Assembly (NCBI GenBank): GCA_900299345.1
Contig: OMJM01000042.1
Location: 6,298-70,297 of the forward strand
Source of the DNA: a bacterium
GTDB taxonomy: Bacteria > Fibrobacterota > Fibrobacteria > UBA11236
DNA: 64,000 nucleotides
Direction of reading: 5' to 3'
This document shows, in pieces, positions 28,905 to 37,305 of the stretch; the stretch's first letter is position 1; every line of letters starts with the position of its first letter. The notes beneath the pieces were generated by a model. That model saw nothing but the letters and a program-made list of their open reading frames with translations, made no database searches and had not been told where the DNA came from. A program made the position numbers and the translations under genes.

Positions 28905-30395
28905 TTAAAAACCCCACTGAAGATGAACGAGATAATACCACTGATTTTTCCCGGCGGTTTGCGGTTGCGCAGCAGGCAAGTGTCCATAGTCTCCCACTGT
29001 CCGCAATCTCATGTGATCGTTAGCAGCCTGTAGTTTGATTTTCAAGCCGGGAACGATCGATCGAACAGCGTGCACGCTCCACTTCCAGTCGTCCCCATGC
29101 ACCGAGGGAACAGTGAAATCATTCTTCGAATAATCCACATCGGGAATCGGCATGTCGGAGGGATAGACTTGCGGATTCGTCCCTCCATCCAGTTTTTGCT
29201 TGCTATCAGGATAGGGATTATTGAGATACTCCGCCTCCACGGCGAGGAGATCAAGCAATCCGAAGGTAGGGATGTGCACACCCACCATCACCGGCATGCG
29301 TTGAGTGATATCCTCATAATACACGGGCTGGTTTTGCACCCCGAGTATCGCCCATTCCGCATATGCTTTGAAAGGTCCGGTGCCGTTAAGATGGAATAGT
29401 TCCGCGCAATCGAACGTTACACGGGCCATGACATTTACCGCACGGCGTGTGATGTCCTCCGTTTTGGTGAAGATAGCGGCTCTTTGCGAGCCCGGCACAG
29501 CGAGGCCGTTGGTATCTACATCAACGAGATTCCCCGCAGTGTCCAGATAATGCGTGCATTTGGATTGGTCCGCATTGCATCCTTGCAGGTTCATTAAAAA
29601 TTGGCGAATCCCTTTGCGTTCACCTGTTGCGCTTGCCTGTTGATCCGAACGCCCTTGTACGGCCGGGAAGTTCGATATCTCCACGTATTGATCTCCGTAA
29701 AAAGGGTCGCTTCCCATTGAAGGATTTTCCTGACTGTTCATGAACCAGCGGCGCAAAGCAACACCACCGCCAATCTCGACGCCCTTTGAGGGGCGAAGAG
29801 AAAACAGATAGGCCGGAGAAATGTCGTACAATGGCGGATTTTCATATTCCCAATAAAGGCCGAGTTCGTGGCTGAAACGCCCTCCAAAGTGGCTGGCCCT
29901 CACCCGGAAACCCAATGAGCGCATGTAGGCGCTGTCCACCCATGTCCATCCGCCTGTCGCGACGTAAGTCGGATAGGATTCGCTGCGCAACAAATATTCT
30001 CCGAGATTCATGGAAGGAGAGTATCTGAACGGAAAATAGCCGCCTTGTGCGTTTAACTGGCGCGTGAAAGAGAACGTGGCCGATGCCTCCGTGATTCCCG
30101 GCCCAAAATGAATGGAGTTCTTCCAGAACTCCTTCTCGGGAGGGAAGGTTCTCCAAAAAAGCCCGCCAACCCCCACTTTCAGAAACAGTTTCTCCTGGAC
30201 AGTGTCTGCAGCATACAATGTGACGCCAAAACGATTGAGGTAATGCCCATCCACCGCCAGTCCTTCCGTGTTTCCCCGGACGAGCTGCCCCATGTCGGTA
30301 TAGGCTTCACCGCTGAGTTTGTCGACGGAAATGGCGTGAACGACCATCGGCAACAAGCCAAGCAACACGTAATGCCATTTCCAACAACGCCGCAT
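28905..30395 (-). CDS. Uncharacterised outer-membrane beta-barrel-like protein, paralog B
   Basis: Signal peptide; ends YYLVHLQWGF (beta-signal-like); many motifs shared with paralog A. Confidence 0.65.
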   Translation of the reverse strand: MRRCWKWHYVLLGLLPMVVHAISVDKLSGEAYTDMGQLVRGNTEGLAVDGHYLNRFGVTLYAADTVQEKLFLKVGVGGLFWRTFPPEKEFWKNSIHFGPGITEASATFSFTRQLNAQGGYFPFRYSPSMNLGEYLLRSESYPTYVATGGWTWVDSAYMRSLGFRVRASHFGGRFSHELGLYWEYENPPLYDISPAYLFSLRPSKGVEIGGGVALRRWFMNSQENPSMGSDPFYGDQYVEISNFPAVQGRSDQQASATGERKGIRQFLMNLQGCNADQSKCTHYLDTAGNLVDVDTNGLAVPGSQRAAIFTKTEDITRRAVNVMARVTFDCAELFHLNGTGPFKAYAEWAILGVQNQPVYYEDITQRMPVMVGVHIPTFGLLDLLAVEAEYLNNPYPDSKQKLDGGTNPQVYPSDMPIPDVDYSKNDFTVPSVHGDDWKWSVHAVRSIVPGLKIKLQAANDHMRLRTVGDYGHLPAAQPQTAGKNQWYYLVHLQWGF

Positions 30396-30520
30396 TCCAA
30401 ATCCTCGATTGTATGAAGGCCGGATTTCCCGGACCCAGACAAATTACCGCCAAAGTGTTTTTTTTTCCGCAGAAACTTTTGTCTAATTTCTGTTCACGTC
30501 ATCGTGTTATTGAACGCCCC

Positions 30521-32320
30521 ATGACTACTCCCCTGACCACGCCTCGTCCCTTATGGATCTTAGGCCCATGGCGCGATCTGGCTTTTTTCATTTTAACCCC
30601 CCTTTTCGTCATTCCGATCGTCTTCGCGCTCAAACAGCGTGTTCCGCTCGAGACTCTGGGGCTCTACATTCTGGGGCTAGGCGGCTTTGGTCATCACCTT
30701 CCCGGCTTCATTCGCGCCTACGCAGATCGCGATCTGTTCCGCCAATACCGGCTTCGATTCACAGTCGTCCCACTGCTGTTGTTGGCAATCGCGGGCTTCT
30801 ACTCCTTCGTTAACCTTAATGCCCTGGCGTGCGCGACCGTGTTTTGGGGCGTATGGCATGGAGCCATGCAGGTCAATGGTTTTTTGCGCATTTACGATTC
30901 CAAGGCGGGATCCTTTCGGCCCGCAACCGCAAGGTTGGACTGGCTCTTGTGCATTGCGTGGTTCGGATTGGCCATCCTGCATTCGCCCACCAAGATGTTT
31001 TCGCTGGTGGCACAGTTTTACGTCTCCGGTGGCGTCTTGATCCCTCCCCTTGCCTTTGAAATCCTGCGCAGGATCTGGGATACCGGCACCGCGCTGATCA
31101 CCTTGCTGTTCGCGGTCAACGCCTGGCGGCAATGGAAGGCAGGCATGCCGCCCAGCCCCATCAAGCTGCTGACAGCTGTCTCCAGTTTTGCCTTCTGGTG
31201 GTTCTGCACCGTCACCACCGGGAATTTGATTCTCGGAGTCGTGCTGTGGGAGATCTTCCACGATGTGCAGTACAATGTGCTGGTCTGGCTCTTCCAACGC
31301 CGCCGCGTGGACGGAGACATGCATGCCGGGTTTGCGGAGAAATTTCTGTTTTCACCAGGCGGGGCACGCATGTCGTTATACGCCCTCTTCATCATCGCCT
31401 ATGGGAGCATCGGCGTCTTCACCTCATTCTCCGATCTCAACATGCCGGAAAAAATTCTCCTGGGCGCCGCGGGGTCCCAGTGGCTGCTGCGCATCACTTT
31501 GGCATCCGCCCTGCTGCATTTCTATTACGACGGTTTCATCTGGAGAATCCGGGAACAACGCACCCGTGCAGGATTGAACCTTCAGGAAGGAACCACGATT
31601 CCCGCTGTCGCGTCAACCGAAAAATTCTGGTTGCACGGATGGAAATGGGCATTCTTTCTACTGCCCGTGGGCTTGATGGGCTTCTCCCAGTATCGCGGAC
31701 GGAATCCCGATTTCAAATCGCAAGTTCTGAATCTAAGTGCGTCCATTCCCGGGAGCTGGCTGGCGCATTTTCTGGCGGGTAGCTACCACAAGGAAGATGG
31801 CTTTTCGGAGCAGGCGGAGACGGACTACCGCATGGCCGTTCGCTACAATCCAGATTTCGATCTGGGCCATCTTTTTCTCGCAGACTTGCTCTATGCCAAG
31901 GGTGAATTTTCGGAGGCCGTCGAGCATTACCGCAGAGCCTTGGAATTGGATCCTTCCGACGCGATGGCAAGAGAAAGACTCGCATCGCTCTACCTTCGCA
32001 CGGAACAATTCTGGCTTGCAGGAGAACAATTCCAAATCGCCTTAAAGGCGGAACCGGACAATCCGGATCTGAATTTCGGAATGGCTACCGCATTATTGCG
32101 TCAAGGCAAACTTCAGGAGGCGGGAGCCCATGCAGAAAAAACACTCCGTGCCGTTCCGAATCATTCCGGTGCGCTCAATTATCTGGGAATGATTCGCGAT
32201 GTGGGAGGTGATCCAGCCGGAGCGATTGCCTATTACCGCAAGGCGTTGGCGGCGGACTCAACCAACGCCAGCGCCCGTGAAAATCTCACCACGGCGCTGG
32301 CGAAAATCAACTTGCGTTAG
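30521..32320 (+). CDS. Polytopic membrane protein with four His motifs fused to C-terminal TPR repeats
   Basis: Many TM segments carrying GHH, WHGAMQ, FHDVQY, LHFYYDG; TPR units such as EAVEHYRRALELDP. Confidence 0.75.
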   Translation: MTTPLTTPRPLWILGPWRDLAFFILTPLFVIPIVFALKQRVPLETLGLYILGLGGFGHHLPGFIRAYADRDLFRQYRLRFTVVPLLLLAIAGFYSFVNLNALACATVFWGVWHGAMQVNGFLRIYDSKAGSFRPATARLDWLLCIAWFGLAILHSPTKMFSLVAQFYVSGGVLIPPLAFEILRRIWDTGTALITLLFAVNAWRQWKAGMPPSPIKLLTAVSSFAFWWFCTVTTGNLILGVVLWEIFHDVQYNVLVWLFQRRRVDGDMHAGFAEKFLFSPGGARMSLYALFIIAYGSIGVFTSFSDLNMPEKILLGAAGSQWLLRITLASALLHFYYDGFIWRIREQRTRAGLNLQEGTTIPAVASTEKFWLHGWKWAFFLLPVGLMGFSQYRGRNPDFKSQVLNLSASIPGSWLAHFLAGSYHKEDGFSEQAETDYRMAVRYNPDFDLGHLFLADLLYAKGEFSEAVEHYRRALELDPSDAMARERLASLYLRTEQFWLAGEQFQIALKAEPDNPDLNFGMATALLRQGKLQEAGAHAEKTLRAVPNHSGALNYLGMIRDVGGDPAGAIAYYRKALAADSTNASARENLTTALAKINLR

Positions 32321-34194
32321 AGCAGCGAAACCTTGCGAGTGTATTCGCCACCGGAAGACTTCACCCGGACTACGTACACGCCCTGTTTCATACCGTACTT
32401 GGCCGCGAGGCGCGAAAAGGGGTAGCGCGTTTCGCCAAAACCATTCAGAACCGCCAACCTAGTCCCTCCGACCGTGTAAAGCCCCAATTCATGAGCGCCG
32501 CCTTCGCGGATGACCAACTCCTCGGAAGACATCGAGATGTTGAGCTTCCTGCCGCTTGGACCGCTTGAAATGGCGATCGGAGACAACTGACACGAGCCGG
32601 TATAGTTGATGCGGACAAGGCCGGGATTATTGCCGGAAGCATAAGCTCCGGTGCTGCCATATTGCAGCACGTACAGGGCACCTTCAGGACCATATTTGGC
32701 TTGCAAAGGGTTGCGGATGCTGAAGCGCACCACTCCGGCAGTCGCCTGCTGTTGCGGTATTCCCACCAAGACGGGATTGATGCTGTCCAGCGTGGCGATA
32801 TACATCTGGCCGCTGCTGGGTGTTCCATACACGGTCATGAGAACCCAGCTGTTGTTCAAATGCGGCGGGAATTTGACGCTGGATTTCAGGTTGCGATCAT
32901 AGACATAGATTGGACCTCCAATGGCCACATTGTTATTCATGGTGGTTTGTGTCGTCGTGGTGCCATACCAGATAAGCGCCGAAGTGGCGGGAGGCAGGTT
33001 CTGCACACCGCTGTTCAACAGGGAGTTGTTGATGGGCGTAGCCGCGCTGTGACCCGTGGGGAGGACGATCGAACCGGCAGGAGTGGGTTGGTTGTTCGCC
33101 ATGAAATAAGGCATGCCGGTAAACGCAGGATGAGTCACGAGATTGTACTCATCGTTGTTGGCGTTGTACTGGACATCGCCCCAAGCCAGCCAACCCTTGG
33201 TGGGATGCACGGCGACGGAGTAGTTGCTGCGCGTCCCCTTGACGTAAACTTCGGGAAGCACCTTGGTTGGATCCCGATATTGAGCCGCCAAGGAGGAATT
33301 GTTTTGCAGATCAAACTGTCCGGCCCAGTATTCACCGAAGTTTCCGGCGGGAATGGTGTAACCCGGTCCGTAGGTTCCGCTGCGATCCGTGCGCACGGTG
33401 GTGGCGTTGTTGTCGGGATGAATGCGGATCACTCCGCCACGGATGCTGGCCGTGTTACCCGATCCCCATTCACCGCTGTTGCTGCTGTCCGCGGCCGTGG
33501 GAGACGTACTGGTCCGCCCGGCGTACTGGCTGCCGCTACCGTTGAGATCGTTGCTGTTGTTTCCGATCGTCACCCAGAGATCGCCGTTGCGATCAAAGGT
33601 CATGGGACCGCCGGAGTGGTACTGATCGGTTTTGCTTCCCAGGACGTCGATCAGGATCTTCTCAGAGGCCATATCGAGGCGATTCTGGGAGTTCACGGTG
33701 ATGCGCGAAAGACGCAACCTGCGGTTGGCGTTGCTCGTGGCGCCCGTCGCCGGGGCGCCGGGAATGGTGGGGCAATACCAGAAATAGATCCACTTGTTGG
33801 TGTTGAAGTTGGGATCGAGAACAATCCCCATCAAGCCATTGTCGTTGGAATTGTTGCTGGACTGATAGCCCCAGTTGGGAATGAAACCGATGCTGTCCAC
33901 GCGTTTGTTCAAACCGTCGTAGAATTTGACCTTACCCTTGCGCTCCACGAAGTAGACGTTCGTGTACAGTACGCTGTCGCCAGCAGTGTTGTAAACGCCC
34001 TGCACATCGAACTGCACAGGTTCCACCAGACCGGAGTTGGTCGCGAGCGGGGTATTGGCCCCGGTCTTGTTGAAAAGTTCCGTCGCCTGAAAATCTGATT
34101 GCTGTAAACTACTGCAACCCGGATAGGTGAATTGCGCATACAAAGGAACACTGAGTAAAAAACCTGCGCCCATGGCGATTTTAAAGATTTTCAT
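32317..34194 (-). CDS. Secreted GSDH-family beta-propeller with T9SS-like C-terminal domain (paralog 2)
   Basis: Signal ...PLYA|QFT; DNGLMGIVLDPNF, YHSGG, IRGGVIRIHP, KFPPH, YGPEGALY; tail KQGVYVVRV...RKVSLL. Confidence 0.8.
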   Translation of the reverse strand: MKIFKIAMGAGFLLSVPLYAQFTYPGCSSLQQSDFQATELFNKTGANTPLATNSGLVEPVQFDVQGVYNTAGDSVLYTNVYFVERKGKVKFYDGLNKRVDSIGFIPNWGYQSSNNSNDNGLMGIVLDPNFNTNKWIYFWYCPTIPGAPATGATSNANRRLRLSRITVNSQNRLDMASEKILIDVLGSKTDQYHSGGPMTFDRNGDLWVTIGNNSNDLNGSGSQYAGRTSTSPTAADSSNSGEWGSGNTASIRGGVIRIHPDNNATTVRTDRSGTYGPGYTIPAGNFGEYWAGQFDLQNNSSLAAQYRDPTKVLPEVYVKGTRSNYSVAVHPTKGWLAWGDVQYNANNDEYNLVTHPAFTGMPYFMANNQPTPAGSIVLPTGHSAATPINNSLLNSGVQNLPPATSALIWYGTTTTQTTMNNNVAIGGPIYVYDRNLKSSVKFPPHLNNSWVLMTVYGTPSSGQMYIATLDSINPVLVGIPQQQATAGVVRFSIRNPLQAKYGPEGALYVLQYGSTGAYASGNNPGLVRINYTGSCQLSPIAISSGPSGRKLNISMSSEELVIREGGAHELGLYTVGGTRLAVLNGFGETRYPFSRLAAKYGMKQGVYVVRVKSSGGEYTRKVSLL

Positions 34195-34497
34195 GTCACC
34201 CTCTCTCTTCGGCGAGTATGCAAGCAAAATAGGCTGAATTCTTAGTTTTAGCTGGGCGTTTCAGCAAAAATACCTGAGTTTTTGTTCCGTGATAAACGCC
34301 GAATTTGTCTCAATATTCATCTTTTTCAGACAAACCAAGGACGACCCAAAAGAGATCAGATGACATTGGCTATTGCCTCGCCCAAAGAAATCCACGTACG
34401 CGGCGTACCTGTCTTCCCGAAAAGCGCACCACGTTTCCAAAATGGAAATCCAAATGGGAATCGTTCCCTTGGAAAATCGGAACACTAGGGGCTGCTT

Positions 34498-36228
34498 CTA
34501 AGGCAATGCCTGAATCCAGCGGTATTTGAAAGCGCCTTGTTCCAACTCTGGCAACTTGAATACATCACCCGGCTTGAGGCTCTTAATTTCCCACATCTTG
34601 CGACCCATCAGATCAAACAACTGGAATCCCTTCATGCCCTCGGGAACTGTAACCGGACTGCCCGAACGCAGGTTGATGACCCAGCCACTCGCACGCGCGC
34701 CATAGCGGGCATTGGGGTTCAGAATGGGGGTGTTGTTGGGCTGCTCCAATTTCGGTTCCGATGGGCGGCAGGAACCGGTGTAAGAAATCTTCTCGATCCG
34801 AATACCATTGGGGGATGAGAAATTGGTGTTGCCATATTCCACGATGTACAAGGCGCCATCTGGCCCCGCCTTGAAATCAACCGCGCCATAAAACGTGTGA
34901 TTGGCGAAGATGCGTTGGGATGCCGTCACCGCCGTTCCCAAGCTGTCCAAAGTTCGCACCATGATCTGGTTGCCATCGTGATCGGTGGTGAACCATTTAC
35001 GCGTGAAATGCGGAGGAAACTTGACTGAAGAATTCAAGTCTCCGTTGTAGCGATAGATGGGACCGGTGATCGGGCTGCTGCCTCCGGGCAGAAAAAACGC
35101 AGGTCGTGCAGCAGGCAGGGTGTCCAAACCGGTATTAAACACCGATGTGTTAATGGGAGTCGCCGCAATTTTCCCACCTGAAAATGTGGTATTGTTGCCG
35201 ACGAAATAAGGCCATCCTTCGAATCCGGGAGTCTGACGAAGATTCACTTCTTCGCGGACCGCACCGGTCAGGACGTCGGGGCCGACGTCGCCCCAAGCCA
35301 CCCAGCGACGCACCGGATCCAAAGCAAGGCTGTAAGGATTGCGATTGCCCTTGATATAAATCTCCGGAGCCACCTTGCTTGTGTCCAGATATTTGCTCTT
35401 GCCCGTTTGCTGCGCGAAATATTCTCCGAAGTTGCCGCTGGGAATGCTGTAACCTTTGGTGGAATTATCGGGATGGATGCGCAGAATGTTCCCCCGCAAG
35501 CCTTTGGTGCTGCTGGCCCCCCACTGATCACTCTCGTATTTCTTGGTCTCATCCATGCCTTCGGGAGGATTCGTCGTATTTGACCCCGCGCGCCCTCCGT
35601 TGTTGCCCTGGGTGATCCACAAGTCACCGTAGGCGTCGAATTCCATGGCGCCGCCGGTGTGGCAGCAGGTCTGACGCTGGCCGGGAATTTCCAGAATCAC
35701 TTTTTCCGAGCTCGGCAAAATCGTATCGCCATTCGCGCCGGTGGTGATGGTGAAACGGGAAACACGGAACACTTCGTTGGTGGCGGGCAACGGAGACCAG
35801 TGGATGTATACCCAGCGATTGGTCTTGAAATTCGGATCCAATGCAATGCCCGTGACGCCTTCCTCGACCGAAGTGCTGTTCTTGACCGTCAGGTAGTCAT
35901 TATTACCGGTTCCCCGTCCCCAGTTGGGCAGCTGCGTCAGGAGTTTGATGGTCTTGGTCGCGGCGTTGTACCGTTTGATCTTGCCCGGACGGATTTCGAC
36001 CCAATAAACGTCGGTGTTCCCGCTGGCGTCCATATCAAACGCGATCTTGTCCGGTTCCGACAAAATCGCGGTATCCGCATTCGTCTTTTTAATCACCAAG
36101 GTGTCGTATTTGAAGTCCGCATCCGTCACATTGGGGCACCCCGGCCACGTCCAGCTCGTTTGGGACCATGCCGACGTGGCGACAATAACCATCACGCAAA
36201 GTGCCACTGATTTTCCTGAAAGCCGCAT
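34498..36228 (-). CDS. Secreted GSDH-family beta-propeller with T9SS-like C-terminal domain (paralog 3)
   Basis: Signal ...SAWS|QTS; EEGVTGIALDPNF, CCHTGG, LRGNILRIHP, GNRNPY, GPDGALY; tail QLFDLMGRKM. Confidence 0.8.
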   Translation of the reverse strand: MRLSGKSVALCVMVIVATSAWSQTSWTWPGCPNVTDADFKYDTLVIKKTNADTAILSEPDKIAFDMDASGNTDVYWVEIRPGKIKRYNAATKTIKLLTQLPNWGRGTGNNDYLTVKNSTSVEEGVTGIALDPNFKTNRWVYIHWSPLPATNEVFRVSRFTITTGANGDTILPSSEKVILEIPGQRQTCCHTGGAMEFDAYGDLWITQGNNGGRAGSNTTNPPEGMDETKKYESDQWGASSTKGLRGNILRIHPDNSTKGYSIPSGNFGEYFAQQTGKSKYLDTSKVAPEIYIKGNRNPYSLALDPVRRWVAWGDVGPDVLTGAVREEVNLRQTPGFEGWPYFVGNNTTFSGGKIAATPINTSVFNTGLDTLPAARPAFFLPGGSSPITGPIYRYNGDLNSSVKFPPHFTRKWFTTDHDGNQIMVRTLDSLGTAVTASQRIFANHTFYGAVDFKAGPDGALYIVEYGNTNFSSPNGIRIEKISYTGSCRPSEPKLEQPNNTPILNPNARYGARASGWVINLRSGSPVTVPEGMKGFQLFDLMGRKMWEIKSLKPGDVFKLPELEQGAFKYRWIQALP

Positions 36229-36323
36229 CGCCGTCTCCCTGTTTAGAGCCTCAACAATCTAACGTGAAAAGCCCTTTCCCGAAGGGGATTTCCATCCGAT
36301 TTCTGTGTAAAATTCATGACTCC

Positions 36324-37292
36324 ATGTTTTTTTCAACCCATCGCCCGAGCTGGTTTTCTCGTATCATCGCGCCCTTATCGCCGCTGTACGCATTGCTCCG
36401 TTTCCTGCACGGAACATTTTGGCTGCGAACGGGAATCCACGATCCAAAACACCTTCTTCCCTTGGTAGTAATCGGATCCCTGCGGGCGGGCGGGGCCGGA
36501 AAAACTGCGGTGGTCCTGGAACTTGCACGACGACTTAAGTCGCAGAGATTGCGTGTCGCGATATTGGCATATCGAATCCAAAAAAATGCGAACCCCGCGC
36601 TCTTGTTCGAAGTAACCTCGAACATGGACTGGAAGCAGTGCTCGGATGAGGCGGTCCTGCTGGCGCGCGAAAGTGGTATGCGGGTTTTTGTCACACGGAA
36701 CCGCGAACACGCTTGGGATGCCTTGAGTCGATCCAACGAGTTCGACGTCCTCATTTCGGATGACGGACTTATGGATCCGCGTTTGCGAAACGCGTTCCGA
36801 ATAGTGCTGAAGCGTCCGGAGGAAAACCCCGGAATCTTCGATCTTTTACCTGCTGGCCCTTATCGCCTGACTTCTTCGTTTCTCAAGGAGGCGGATTGTG
36901 TTGTTCTGGGTCCATCGAACGAAACAGGATCAGATAGTGCATGGTTCCGACGCGAACTGATTTTTCCCAAGGGATTCGACTTTGAAAAAAAATATTGGGC
37001 GGTCTGCGGCATGGGAAACCCAACTGACTTTGTCCGAGATTTGCGTTATGCGCGTGTACATCTGGCAGGGATCTCTCACGGCCCAAACCACGCGTTACCC
37101 GAGCTTGACAGGGTGTGGCGGCAGGCCGAACGATGCGGCGTGAAACGGTTCGTGTGTTCGGCAAAGGATTGGATCAAGTTGGAAAGTTCTCCCATCTCCG
37201 GTTCCGTGGACGTGATTGGCGAACACATGGAACTCGGGCCCGGACTGCTGAACGCCGTGAAGAAGTATCTGGCAAGCCATGCATCTTCGTAG
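36324..37292 (+). CDS. lpxK: Tetraacyldisaccharide 4'-kinase
   Basis: PLSPLY, VVIGSLRAGGAGKT, SDEAVLL, SDDGL, LLPAGPYR, CGMGNP..F, SAKDWIK. Confidence 0.85.
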   Translation: MFFSTHRPSWFSRIIAPLSPLYALLRFLHGTFWLRTGIHDPKHLLPLVVIGSLRAGGAGKTAVVLELARRLKSQRLRVAILAYRIQKNANPALLFEVTSNMDWKQCSDEAVLLARESGMRVFVTRNREHAWDALSRSNEFDVLISDDGLMDPRLRNAFRIVLKRPEENPGIFDLLPAGPYRLTSSFLKEADCVVLGPSNETGSDSAWFRRELIFPKGFDFEKKYWAVCGMGNPTDFVRDLRYARVHLAGISHGPNHALPELDRVWRQAERCGVKRFVCSAKDWIKLESSPISGSVDVIGEHMELGPGLLNAVKKYLASHASS

Positions 37293-37305
37293 ATTAATGT
37301 GCAGC

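Noticed and set aside
32662-34098. 478-aa + strand ORF (likewise 27290-28522, 44528-45559, 45929-46924, 19241-20254, 6874-7890)
   Set aside because: Antisense shadows of well-supported genes with no motifs of their own
34261-34529. Short ORFs (68-74 aa) in the GSDH intergenic region, and 59109-59375
   Set aside because: No SD, motifs or typical codon usage; treated as non-coding
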